From NCBI RefSeq assembly GCF_902652985.1, contig NC_047016.1:3844001-3908000 (forward strand): a stretch of 64,000 nt of DNA, in the 5' to 3' direction. This DNA is from Pecten maximus. Lineage: Eukaryota. Numbering within the stretch: the first letter of the stretch is position 1; every line of letters begins with the position of its first letter. Below are positions 41,601-56,600 of this stretch, one piece after another. The translations under genes and the position numbers were made by a program. The notes beneath the pieces were generated by a model. That model had not been told where the DNA came from, did no database searches, and saw only the letters and a program-made list of their open reading frames with translations.

Positions 41601-44600
41601 ACGAAGAACATCCCTTCTTATGTATAATAGACAGTTATCTTGTCCTCTATACTGTACAGCATGTCGCCGTGTATATTGTAGGAAATCTCTGACTGTATAA
41701 TGGCGAACATCTCGCCCTGTATATTGTAGAATATATCGCCCTGTATAATGTAGAACATCTCGCCCTGTATAATGTAGGACATCTCGCCCTGTATATTGTA
41801 GAACATCTCGCCCTGTATTTTGTAGAACAGCTCGCCCTGTATATTGTAGAACATCTCGTCCTGTATATTGTAGAACATCTTGCCCTGTATATTGTAGAAC
41901 ATCTCGCCCTGTATAATGTGGAACATCTCGCCTTGTATATTTCACCATATGATTAAATTCACGTAAAACTCCTGATTTCTCTCTTTGAGTTCTTTACGTT
42001 CTACTCGTTTATAGTACCACTGACGAATCATGAAATACGAAACAGATGCATGAATTTGATTTGTTTACATTTCTCTATTACTGATTTTCCCCTTCTAGAT
42101 AAGTGGACTTTATTCGGGTCAAATAATTTTAATTTGTTTACCGTGTAATGTGATCATTCTTTTCAGCACAAAACCATAGTTTTCAATTACATTATTGAAA
42201 TATCACGATCTGTATGTCATATATTCAATAAATACCTCTACTGGTTTGATCTTGTAGCCGTCCCACATCGGATTGGATATTGGGTTGAATATAGGAATGA
42301 AGGCGAGTTCGTGCAATTTATTACCATCCTTAACGAAGTCACGTGTGGCCGTGACCTTGATTGTGGCCTTGTAAGTGTTAGTAGAGGGATCACACGCCAG
42401 ATTGTATGTACAGGAGGTAGTAGATACATCTGATAATTATATAAAGTATATATATATATATATAACTAAGCAACACAAATGACGAAGGAAGACAACTTTT
42501 TGACTCGTGTCCTATATACATTGTATATAAAATGCAAAATGCAGTATGTTGGAGAAACCAGCACAAAGCTCAACATCAGAATCAACAATCACCGTTGCTC
42601 CATCAAGCAAAACAGACCAGACTTTCCTGTGGCAAGGCATTTCAATTTACCTAGTCACAGTTGGAAGGATATGCAGGTGGTCGCCATTGATCACTGTCCT
42701 ACCTGGAATGAAACGAAACGTCGTTCCAGAGAAAGATACTGGATCACCAATCTCCAAACCTGCTACCCTCGGGGTATGAACGAACGTTAAAGACGTCTTC
42801 TGGATATACTCTCCATCTGACCATTATATCTGACTATTCATGTAGTTAATTATTCAATTTGTTAAATTTTTCATAATTGCTGTACTTTTTGGGGCATCTA
42901 TTCATTGTTGCTCTTTGAGACTCACATTTAGTCGCCTCCCGCCATCATGCAACAGCATCTTGGTCCGAGTTGGTCCGAATCGTCTGTTTCCCGTAGCGTC
43001 CTGTAGGGACACTTCGGCATTCATATTTCTTATATTTTCAGTCTTGATAAATATTTGTAGCAGTTTTTTCACACCACTCTCTATAATTCTTATGATCTAA
43101 CACATATTTTTCTAAAGTTTTTCAGACTTTGTACACGATATTTAATCAATCACTGTAGAGACGATAATGCAACATTTTTTATATAAATGCAATGTCGTCC
43201 ACTAGCAGTGTTTAGGGACGAATCGTCTTTGAACTCTTCGGAATACTTTCACGGGCGGGGGAATTCAAAATATCTCTGCCGTTGGTCGCATAGCGTTCTA
43301 GTGTTTGAACATGATGCAGTCACGCTAGTATCCGCCTTCGGCCCACGTTTGCCGAAGGGTTCATTGTGGTTTCTCCAGTTACTAAAACATTATTCTTATT
43401 GTATTTTATTGTATTTCCAGTACTTCTTATATATATTATGTGATTGTATTTGTGATTTTTTGTGTTTTGATAAAGGGGCGGATTGCCTCGAAAATTTAAC
43501 AAACCTTATTGTTTACACTGTTTGAATTACTTCTTTGCCCCATATATACATGTATGAGAGATATAGTAAACCGTAGAGATCAACACAAATATTCTGACAC
43601 TTGTAAAAGATGGCTGTGCCCTTTGAAACGTTGTGTCAATTTATATAATATGCTAGTAATATTGTCTAAAAGACTACTGTTTAAACATTTTTTTTATGAG
43701 TCTGTAAACTTATGAATTTGTAAACAATTTAATCTGCTCTTTTTTTGGAAGGCAGACAACAGTGTCTGGATATTTACTTCCTTTTCAGATGTATTCATGG
43801 GCAGTTTGACTGTTGGTTTTCATTAGAAAAAAATGGTATTTTAGATGCGGGAAAAATAGCTATTCCAAGATTTTACAATTTCGTTGTCCACATAGGAGCA
43901 TTTAAGTCTGAGAAATTTGCAGTAATTATCGTGCAGTTAAGAAACCTTCTACAGAAATGCCCGTGAATTTAACTATTATTTGTCTGTATGTATTTATCTG
44001 TGATATTTCGTATTATAAATTTATCTGTGATATTTTGTATGTATGTATTTATCTGTGATATTTTGTATGTATGTATTTATCTGTGATATTTTGTATATAT
44101 GTATTTATCTGTGATATTTTGTATTTATGTATTTATCTGTGATATTTTGTATATATGTATTTATCTGTGATATTTTGTATATATGTCTTTATCTGTGTTA
44201 TTTTGTATATATGTATTCATCTGTGATAAATCTTATATATATTATATTTATCTGTGATATTTTGTTTGTATGTATTTATATGTGATATTTTGTATATATG
44301 TATTTATCTGTGATATTTTGTATATATGTACAGTATTTATCTGTGATATTTTGTATATATTTCATTATCTGTGTTATTTTGTATATATGTATTCATCTGT
44401 GATAAATTTTATACATAATATATTTATCTGTGATAATTTGTTTGTATATATTTATATCTGATATTTTGTATATATGTATTTATCTGTGTTATTTTGTATA
44501 TATGTATTTATCTGATATTTTGCATGTATGTATTTATCTGTGATATTTTGAATGTTTGTATTTATCTTTGATAGTTTGTATATATATATTTATCTGATAT

Positions 44601-47600
44601 TATATATATATGTATTTATCTTTGATATTTTGTATGTATGTATTTATCTGTGATATTTTGTATGTATGTATTTATCTGTGTTATTTTGTATATATATGTA
44701 TTTATCTGATATTTTGCATGCATGTATTTATCTGTGATATTTTGAATGTTTGTATTTATCTTTAGTTTAAATAATATTTATTTATATTCAAGACAAGTGT
44801 ACATATACATTGCAAATTATACATTGGTGAGGGATCTAGAAACAAGCTTAAAGCTTATATTAATCCATTTCCCTCTAAGGTTCGGCGTATTGGTGATTAG
44901 TATGGTGGTCGAGATACAAATACTGTTCCATAATAATAAACAGAAAATAATTATTTTGACAAAAAGGTAAATTATGGTGAAAAGTGATGAACAGTGGTGG
45001 AATACAAATAAATCTATGCTATAGCAATCTAATTGGAGAATAGAATACTTTGATATATAATTATGTAAATTATTTATGTTAATTAATGATGTCGATGGGG
45101 ATGTGGATAAATTACGATGAAGCTAAGTACTGTAGTTCATAAATATTTAGTCGAACCTTTTGGAATGTAATATAAAATTATGTACAGCTTCAATTATTAT
45201 TTCATTTTCTTCATTTGACAAGTCTGGGTTTCCTGATAATAGAATATCAGTATTCAGATCAAAATTTAAATTAAATACAAACTGATTACGTTGATTAATA
45301 AATTTTTCACACATGAATAAAAAGTGAAAATTATCTTCAATATATCCACATGAACAGAAAGGGCTATCCGTTAGATTTCTGTTAAATAAATGTTCTTTCA
45401 AGCTACTGCAATTTTAACGAAGTCTAGTATGTAGTATTTGTAAGTTACGTGTGCCAAAATTTTTATAACATGGTGGGGTTTTAATGTCTTTATTTAGGTA
45501 TCTTTTTAGGATAATCAGAGAGGGGTTGTTTCTGATGTCTGCCGGTATAGAATTCCAAAGTTCGATTGTTGAAGGTAAAAAGGATGTTTTATAATGATTT
45601 GATTTAGAATGAATAGTTAATAATTGATTGCCTTGTCTGGTTCTGTAATCATGCAAATCTGAATGTTGAGAAGGAACAAGTGAGCAGAGATATTCTGGTG
45701 TTATTTTGTGAAACATTTTGTGAAACTGAATAATTTTATGTTTTTTCCTTCTATCTGATAATTTTCCCAGCATAGATCGTTGTATAATAATTGTATATTT
45801 ACAAGTTTAGTGGCCCCCGTTACTATTCTACCTGCCTCTATTTGAACCTGTTCTAGTCTCTCAATTAAATATAGTGGTAAAGAATCCCAGACGACATCCG
45901 CATATTCTAAGATTGGTCGTATAAAAGATGTATATAGAGTTTGTAAAGAGTGTCTGTCGAGAGAGAATTTTAATTTCCTGAGTATTCCTAGACGCTTGGA
46001 AGTTTTACCTAGAATATAATTAATGTGCTCAGTCCAGCTAAAATCAGCAGAAAGATATACACCAAGATGTTTATGAGAGGTTACGTTTAATACAACTGTA
46101 TTGTTCATTAATACTGGAGGATGGTTTGGCCTGTTTAATTTTTTACTGACTAACAAAGACTCTGTTTTAGTAGGATTAAAGGTAACCAGCCAATTATTAG
46201 CCCAATTATCTATTTTCGCTAAATCGTTGTTTATCAACTGATTTGTTATTATTGGATTATCTATCATCAGATAAAGAGTGGTGTCGTCCGCAAAGAGTTT
46301 AATTGTGCTGTTAATGTCGTTAACAGTGTCATTAATGTAAACAAGAAATAATAGTGGTCCTAGAATGGATCCCTGTGGAACTCCTGCTGTAATTGTTTTG
46401 TAAGTTGATGATTTCCCGTTTATAACAACCATTTGATGTGTTTGATAGATACTTTTTGAACCAATCGATTAGCTTACCAGAAATGTCCGCCCGTTGTAAT
46501 TTGTAAAGTAGCCCTTTGTGCCAAACTCTATCGAAAGCTTTACTTATATCACAAAATATAACCCGAATTTCTTTACCATTATCAAGAGCCTTACCGATAT
46601 CATTAGTGATAGAAATTAATTGATTTACAGCAGAATCTCCAGGGATAAAACCAGACTGTGACTTCGTGAAAAAATTAGTTATGTGCAGAAAGTTATATAC
46701 ATATTTAAAAACACATCGTTCCATCAACTTGCCCAGAATACTGATAAGTGATATCGGCCTATAGTTGGCAGTATTACTTTTGTCACCTTTTTTAAAAATA
46801 GGGGTTATATTAGCATTTTTCCATTTGTCAGGATAGTAAGACGATTGGAGAGATTTATTAAACAGCAAACATAATGGTTCAGAAAGCTGGTTTACACCTT
46901 CAGTTAGAAACTTAGCACTTATCAAATCTGGACCAGAAGACTTAGAGGAATCTAAAACACTAATTGCATCTTTGACATCTTCGATAGTTAGTATAATATT
47001 GCGTAGAGTTTCGTTAGGTGGGTCGTTTTGTGGAGGGGGAAACAAGTTATCGTCGTCTAGATGTGTTTGTTCAATGAGGTAGTTATTAAGTAGGTTTGCT
47101 TTATCAACGTCATTAGTGTAGTAGGTGTTATTTTCGATTAAGACAGGAATAAGAGATTTATTGTTAGAAAAGCTAGTGAAGTTCTTCGCAATTTTGTCTT
47201 TGATATTATATATATATGTATTTATCTTTGATATTTTGAATGTTTGTATTTATCTTTGATATTTTATATATATGTATTTATCTGTGATATTTTGTATATA
47301 TGTATTTATCTGTGATATTTTGTATATATATATATATTTATCTGTTATTTTAAATATATAATATTTATCTGTGATATTTTGTTTTTATGTATAAATATCT
47401 TTGATATTTTGTATGTTTGTATTTATCTGTGATATTTTGTATGTATGTATTTATCTGTGATATTGTGTATGTTTGTATTTATATGTGATATTTTGTATAT
47501 TTGTATTTATCTGTGATATTTTGTATGTATGTATTTATATGTGATATTTGGGATGTATGTATTTATATGTGATATCTATATGTATATATTAATCACATAT

Positions 47601-50600
47601 CGACATCTGTTGGTAAGTATTATATACATATACATTGTAGTTTGAACTACGCGTGTGTATGCATTGTTGTTAATTTAAATAAGTGCGAAGTGGACAACTG
47701 CGCATGTATACAGGTTTGAAACAGATTTCAAATACAGGTGTGATACAGATGTGTGATACAGATGTGTGCTACAGGTGTGATACAGATGTGTGATACAGGA
47801 GTGATACAGGTGTGAGGTTTTTGCCAGCGTAAAACACATATCACGATAAGTTTAATTAATAAATTAACTTTATTTAGGTTAGTTCATTAATATATATATT
47901 ACATGTATCTACCTGTGATATTTTATGTTACTCTGGTCATGTTTATTGCATTGATAACAAATAAAAAAATCTATAAAAAAGCTAACACCCCAGTACTTTA
48001 GTAAATGAAATAAAAGCATGGTTAAAAAAAGTGTTTTTGAAAATGTTTGAATAATGACAATAAATATTATATATTAAGTAATCCCTCCATCTCTTACCGG
48101 ACGGATCAGTACTGGCCATCATTTATACATTTAATATTGTATATTAAGTAATCCCTCCATCTCTTACCGGACGGATCAGTACTGGCCATCATTTATACAT
48201 TTTATATTGTATATTAAGTAATCCCTCCATCTCTTACCGGACGGATCAGTACTGGTCATCATTTATACATTTAATATTGTATATTAAGTAATCCCTCCAT
48301 CTCTGACCGGACGGATCAGTACTGGCCATCATTTATACATTTAATATGTATATTAAGTAATCCCTTCATCCCTTACCGGACGGATCAGTACTGGCCATCA
48401 TTTATACATTTAATATTGTATATTAAGTAATCCCTCCATCTCTTACCGGACGGATCAGTACTGGCCATCATTTATACATTTAATATTGTATATTAAGTAA
48501 TCCCTCCATCTCTGACCGGACGGATTAGTACTGGCCATCATTTCCACATTTAATATTGTATATTAAGTAATCCCTCCATCTCTTACCGGACGGATCAGTA
48601 CTGGCCATCATTTATACATTTAATATTGTATATTAAGTAATCCCTCCATCTCTTACCGGACGGATCAGTACTGGCCATCATTTCCACATTTAATATTGTA
48701 TATTAAGTAATCATTCCATCACTTACCGGACGGATCAGTACTGGCCATCATTTATACATTTAATATTGTATATTAAGTAATCCCTCCATCTCTTACCGGA
48801 CGGATCAGTACTGGCCATCATTTATACATTTAATATTGTATATTAAGTAATCCCTCCATCCCTTACCGGACGGATCAGTACTGGCCATCATTTATACATT
48901 TTATATTGTATATTTATTAATCCCTCCATCACTTACCGGACGGATCAGTACTGGCCATCATTTATACATTTAATATTGTATATTAAGTAATCCCTCCATC
49001 CCTTACCGGACGGATCAGTGCTGGCCATCATTTCCACATTTACACCACAAGCCTGCTGGTGATGATCGTTACATATGATGGGAACAGTGGACTCCAAAGT
49101 AACCTCCTGTTCGGGTCCTTTCTCGTCAACCGTGATGGAATTGTTGTGCACCTAAAATAAGATACCTTTTCTATGGTGATAATGACCATTCAACGTAGCA
49201 CACTGGTTTTATTGTGATGTTTTACATCTTAATGCCATACATTACAAGTGCAATACTTCGATACATGTAAACAAGGATACTCCAATGGTTCCCGACCTGG
49301 ACTAATACTTTTAACACCTACACTTATATACATATACTTATATACCTATACTTGTATACCAATACGTGTATCCCCCATACTTATATACCAATACTTGTAT
49401 CACCCATACTTGTATACCCATACTTGTATACCCATACGTGTATCCCCCATACTTATATACCAATACTTGTATCACCCGTACTTGTATACCCCATACTTGT
49501 ATCACCCATACTTGTATACCCCATACTTGTATACCCATACTTGTATACCCATACTTGTATACCCATACTTGTATCACCCATACTTGTATATTCATACTTG
49601 TATACCCATACTTGTATCACCCATACTTGTATACCCCATACTTGTATACCCATACTTGTATCAGCCATACTTGTATACCCATACTTGTAAACACATACTT
49701 GTATGCCCCATACTTGTATCACCCATACTTGTAACACCCATACTTGTATACCCGATACTTGTATCACCCATACTTGTATATCCATACTTGTAACACCCAT
49801 ACTTGTATCCCCCATACTTGTATACCCATACTTGTATACCCATACTTGTAACACCCATACTTGTATCCCCCATACTTGTATACCCATACTTGTATACCCA
49901 TACTTGTATACCCCATACTTGTATCACCCATACTTGTATACCCCATACTTGTATACCCATACTTGTATCACCCATACTTGTATATCCATACTTGTATCAC
50001 CCATACTTGTAACACCCATACTTGTATACCCGATACTTGTATCACCCATACTTGTATATCCATACTTGTAACACCCATACTTGTATACCCATACGTGTAT
50101 CCCCCATACTTATATACCAATACTTGTATCACCCATACTTGTATACCCCATACTTGTATCACCCATACTTGTATACCCCATACTTGTATACCCATACTTG
50201 TATCACCCATACTTGTATACCCCATACTTGTATACCCATACATGTATACCCATACTTGTATCACCCATACTTGTATATCCATACTTGTATACCCATACTT
50301 GTATACCAATACTTGTATACCCATACTTGTATACCCATACTTGTATAACCCATACTTGTATACCCATACTTGTATCACCCATACTTGTATACCCATACTT
50401 GTATACCCATACTTGTATCAGCCATACTTGTATACCCATACTTGTAAACACATACTTGTATGCCCCATACTTGTATCACCCATACTTGTAACACCCATAC
50501 TTGTATACCCGATACTTGTATCAGCCATACTTGTATACCCATACTTGTATACCCATATTTGTATACCCCATACTTGTATACCCCATACTTGTATACCCAT

Positions 50601-53600
50601 ACTTGTATCACCCATCATTGTAACACCCATACTTGTATACCCATACTTGTATACCCATACTTGTATACCCCATACTTGTATACCCATACTTGTATACCCA
50701 TACTTGTATACCCATACTTGTATACCCCATACTTGTATACCCATACTTGTATACCCCATACTTGTATACCCCATACTTGTATACCCATACTTGTATACCC
50801 ATATTTGTATACCCCATACTTGTATACCCATACTTGTATACCCATACTTGTATCACCCATACTTGTAACACCCATACTTGTATCACCCATACTTGTATAC
50901 CCATACTTGTATCACCCATATTTGTATACCCATACTTGTTTACCCATACTTGTATACCCATACTTGTATACCCCATACTTGTATACCCATACTTGTATAC
51001 CCATACTTGTATACCCAATACTTGTATACCCATACTTGTATACCCATATTTGTATACCCCATACTTGTAAACACATACTTGTATGCCCCATACTTGTATA
51101 CCCCATACTTGTATACCCCATACTTGTATACCCCATACTTGTATACCCATACTTGCATACCCGATACTTGTATACCCCATACTTGCATACCCGATACTTG
51201 TATACCCCATACTTGTATACCCATACTTGTATACCCATACTTGTATACCCATATTTGTATACCCCATACTTGTATACCCATACTTGTATCACCCGTACTT
51301 GTATACCCCATACTTGTATACCCATACTTGTATACCCCATACTTGTATACCCATACTTGTATACCCATACTTGTATACCCATACTTGTATACCCATACTT
51401 GTATACCCATACTTGCATACCCGATACTTGTATACCCTATACTTGTATACCACTTGTATACAGATACTTGTATCACCAATACTTGTATACCCATACTTGT
51501 ATCACCCATATTTGTATACACATACTTGTATCACCCATTCTTGTATCCCCAATAATTGTATCACCTATTATCTAAATAAATTATCAGTTTCTATTCTTTT
51601 ATTTAATAAAAGTTAACTGCAGTGTATGGAACAAATGTGCCAAACAAACCCATATTGTTAGTTGGTATTCAGCCATTCTATACATACCCGTATTCCTGCC
51701 CAGAATTCGTTGCTTTGAAGAGAGGGGCTTTTAACTCCCGGCGTGTTTGTATGATACGACCTGACTGTACACTGTAACTGTAAATACATTAATGGTGGGC
51801 GGTATAATTATAGTACGTAACTTCTGTTTGAGTATAATCACAGTAAGGTAACTTTTGTTTGAGTATAATCACTGTAAGTAACTTCTGTTTGAGTATAATC
51901 ACAGTGAGTAACTTCTGTTTGAGTATAATCACAGTGAGTAACTTCTGTTTGAGTATAATCACAGTGAGTAACTTCTGTTTGAGTATAATCACAGTGAGTA
52001 ACTTCTGTTTGAGTATAATCACAGTGAGTAACTTCTGTTTCAGTATAATCACAGTGAGTAACTTCTGTTTGAGTATAATCACAGTGAGTAACTTCTGTTT
52101 GAGTATAATCACAGTGAGTAACTTCTGTTTGAGTATAATCACAGTGAGTAACTTCTGTTTGAGTATAATCACAGTGAGTAACTTCTGTTTGAGTATAATC
52201 ACAGTGAGTAACTTCTGTTTGAGTATAATCACAGTGAGTAACTTCTGTTTCAGTATAATCACAGTAAAGTATCTTCAGTTTGAGTATAATCACAGTACGG
52301 TAACTTCTGTTTGAGTTGAATCATAGTAAGGTAATTTCTGTTTGAGTATAATCACGGAAAGGTAGTTTCTGTTTGAGTTGAATCATAGTAAGGTAATTTC
52401 TGTTTGAGTATAATCACGGAAAGGTATCTTCTGTTTCAGTATAATCAAAATAAGTAAGTTCTGTTTGAGTATAATCACAATGAGTAACTTCTGTTTGAGT
52501 ATAATCCCAGTAAGTAACTTTTATTTGAGTAAAATCACAGTAAGGTTACTTTTATTTGAGTAAAATCACTGTAACTTCTGTTTGAGTATAATCACAGTAA
52601 AGTAACTTATGTTTCAGTCTATTTCAATGATCTAGTATTGCATTATATATAAGTAAATTGATGGCATTGAAGGTAAATGAAATTAAACTCTTTATCCGAC
52701 CACAGGGTAACCCTTACCACACTCCAAACCTTTAAATAACGTCCCTATTGTACACTTACCGTAGTTCCCATGTGTCCATGCATATATCTGCCATCAAGCA
52801 GCGCGTCCCGATCGTCTCCTGTCAGGACGGTCACGACTGGTGTGTTTGTTCCTGGAATCGTGATAGGATCGGATCCATTGGCTGTCCATGTGACCTCAAA
52901 AGCTACACCGGTTTGCCCCTTTGGGTAAGGGATGTGACACGGGAACTTGACGGTACCTGTGGCACCACAGGTATATCCAATATGGCCACGGGAATCCACT
53001 ATTACAGGTTTTCCGAGAATGGGGGCGTGTGTCATTTTTGGATACAAATCTAAAAATGAAACCAAGAAACTCTTCAAAGGCTAATCACCATGAATCTGAA
53101 ATCGAATAGTTTTTATAATTACTTACTAATTAATCTTCATAGTGCGTAATACCATCATATGTTGTAGAACCACTGAAGTGTCGGGTATCAATATACGATG
53201 TAAAGGCCATCCATATGACTAGAGGTTGTAAAATAATAAAGTTATGGAATCTCAATCAGGAGACATTATTTCTTTTCTGTATGGAAGCCAACACCCGATT
53301 CCGGTTTTGTTTACAACAACACTCTGATATTATGATTTTATATATTATGTTGATCGACTATAGTGAAACGTTCATTACAAAAAGTATATGAGTCAAGCTG
53401 TTGTATGGTCAGTACCAGCATGCATGGGTTTTCTATTGGACTGAATTCAATTCCGTTAGACTTTACTTCTAATGTCACCGAAACTTGACTAAATGGAAAT
53501 AATAATTCTCCGGAACTTAACATGCCTGGTTATTCTTACCCATTTTGTTATTGCAGGCTCGATCGTATTGGTGGTGGTATATCTGTATATGTTTAAGATT

Positions 53601-56600
53601 ACATATCTGCGAAAATAAGGCGTGACCTAGCGCTGCCAACCATAGAATGTATATGGATAGAAATAGTTCTTGGTTCAGAGAAATGTGTATATGGCTTGTT
53701 CTATAGACTTCCTAATTCTCCTGTTATCACTTGGTCCCATATCTCTCTATTGAATATACTTTTATAAAAGGCTTATCTAATATTGTAATTGCAGGTGATT
53801 TTAATGCTCACTCACTATTTAAAATCCAGTCTTCTCACTTACGTGATAATGCTTACTTTATTTCATGTGTCACAACTAGTAGAATCCCCAACATTTTTTA
53901 CTGAAGCTTCGTCTTCACTGTTAGGTATATTTGGCGCTGGTGATATTAATGTTACCATTAAGTACATAGTTAGAGAAAGCTTTCTTGACCAACCTGTCAG
54001 ATATCAATGTCTACTTACTGTTCTTTTAACGTCATAAAGCCAGTTAAGCACAGTTTTAAGCGTAACGTTTGGCTCTGATCATGGTAATTATGATGTATTT
54101 AAAGATAAAGTGAAGTCTATTAAATGGAACGCATGGATGAATGCTGACGATATAAATGTTTCGGTTAGGAATTTTACAGACACACTACTTGGCATCGCTA
54201 AAACTTGTATCCCCAGCAAAAATATCACTGTTAAATCTAACAAACCTTCGTGGATGTCTAATGAAATTCAAAGATGAATTAGGAAATGGAAACGGGCATA
54301 CAAAGGAGCCAAACGCACATTTACCAATGATCATTGGACTAAATTATGTCAAATTAGAAATAAATGCATTAACACTACCAAGCTTTCAAAAGTCGTATAT
54401 ATCAATCTCTTTGGTACATTAAAGAAACCACCCAATCTCATTGTGAAGAAGTGGTGAAAAACTGTATACTCATTAATACCAAATTATAGAAAATCTCCGA
54501 TACCACCTCTTCTTCACAATGACACTGTAGATGCAGTGGATGACAGCGAAGAAAAGGAGTTCTATAAAACTGGCATTGAGTCCCTTCAACACTGAAGGGG
54601 ATTCTGTTGAAAAGTAACACAATATGTCCGGCAAAATGCAAATCCTTCAATATAAGGCTCACAACATATCAATCAGCCCTCGTATCTACGCACGGCCACT
54701 AACAAAATTCCAATATTTTTCTGTAATTGCACCTGACTGGGGAAGTTGTATCATGTTGGGTTAAGAATAGAATGAAGTTACCTAAAGTTTTATATATTCC
54801 AAAGAAACCTTATTGATAGTCCTCTATGGTCATGCATGCAAGCAAATGAAACTCTTGTTCAGGAATGGCGAGCTTTCAAATGATGAAAATGCCTTATTTT
54901 TTCAACTGAGCAGAATATCATTATCTACTCCAAACGATTGGAATACACATTTTTCATCGAACAATGATCCTCTGTTTTCGTATTATCTATTTCTCCTATT
55001 CTTATTGTCATAGCCCCTTCCCCAACCCCCAAACTTCCAACTCCCAAACCCCCAACCCTACCCCCACCCATTCTTTTTTACTTTCATATTCATAAAACCA
55101 CTCAAAATCCGTTTACAAGTAAATTACTGTATCAACAGCGTATAGGGATTTCAGTAATTAAGCAATCATGCCCTAATTAAATTAGATATTGCCAGGACAC
55201 GGATTTGTATAAGTTGCTTCAACTTGTTTCTGGATCCTATTCAGTTGTATTGTACTATGTGTTGTTATGAACTTAATGATACATTTTGAATGAAATGAAG
55301 TTTATATTAATAATATTACATTTATATATAAACGTTAACGTTATTGTATTCATTCATTTCATACAATATAAATTTTGAATGAGAATCGGAAATATGTATT
55401 AACCTTCTATTAACCTGTCACCGTTTTATGACACATTAGGTAAACGGCAACAAGTAGGAGCAATGTAATGCTTCTGTAGATGGACAATTAGGACAGGGAG
55501 AAAAGAGGAGATGAAAAGATTAAAAGAAATAAGAGAGATTCGAATCTTTTAGAACTGACTCACAAACACGATTCAGTAGTTATAAAGCTAGTATGTCAAT
55601 CTTCATGCGATGTATACCATATTTGTGTGGGTATGGATGTGATTTTTTGTACTATGTTTATTTAGTTTGAGTCCTTGATGTGAATGCATAATGTGGTGTT
55701 CCTTTGCTGTTTCCGTTGTTTCTGTGCTAAAATATTGTATTCTCCCCATCATCTGTACTTAACAAGTAGAGGCACGTATAAATCTATATATGTACAGTAT
55801 ATATTACACTATTTGATGCTTTAAATTTTCTTCTTTATGCACCTAAACATTTCGGACTATACGTTCTGAACTTATCTTTTTGAAACTTAATCAAATTTGT
55901 GAAGATAATAATTTGTCAAAAGTTACCTTCCCTTCTACATTATGTTTGAATTCATGCTTCATGCTCTTCATGAATATTTTAATACAACATTGTTCAGGGG
56001 GTTGAACCCAGGGCTCCCCAACCCTGGCAATTCCTATACAATCGCATAGCTATAAGTAAATATACAGTCGAACCCACTTAACTTGAAATCGGATATATTG
56101 AAATATAGTTTAATTTGAAGTGAAATAAAATCCCCGTCCAAATGCCTTCTTTGTCTTTGTATTGTTTCAACGGTTATTTTGAAATCGGTTTCTTTGAAAT
56201 ATCGCTTTATTTGAAAGGAAATTATTGCCCCTGGCAATGCTAAACCATTGTTTATGTATCGCTTAAATTGAAAGTTGCCACGACTGGCTTCGATTACCGG
56301 CCATTATGATACGTGCGTCCGATCAAGACAGGTAAAAATGAAATTCTGATTTACACAATACAAATAAATTGTGACTTTTAATAATTAAATACGTTCGTTA
56401 TGAACATGAATCTGTATTTGTTTAAGAGTATACCTTGAGGGACACAGCTTATTTTGGCTTATGCTACACATATACAACTACATTGACTCTGCTTTAACTA
56501 CACGTTAGACAATTACAAATGACGAGGCCATTCTTAGGGATTTTACAGACAATGATAACAACGTAAGCAGGACAGTGATATTGACAACAACCCTCAAACA

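Noticed and set aside
49320-51570. 15-16-bp array as a fifth donor-derived repeat (resembles catacccgta at 51683)
   Set aside because: Similarity is only about 8 of 10 nt and the array starts about 120 bp from the donor
49248-52314. Long (YPYLYTHTC)n and (TVIILKQKLL)n ORFs
   Set aside because: Artefacts of the 15-16-bp and 30-bp arrays; the only real exon here is 51688-51777
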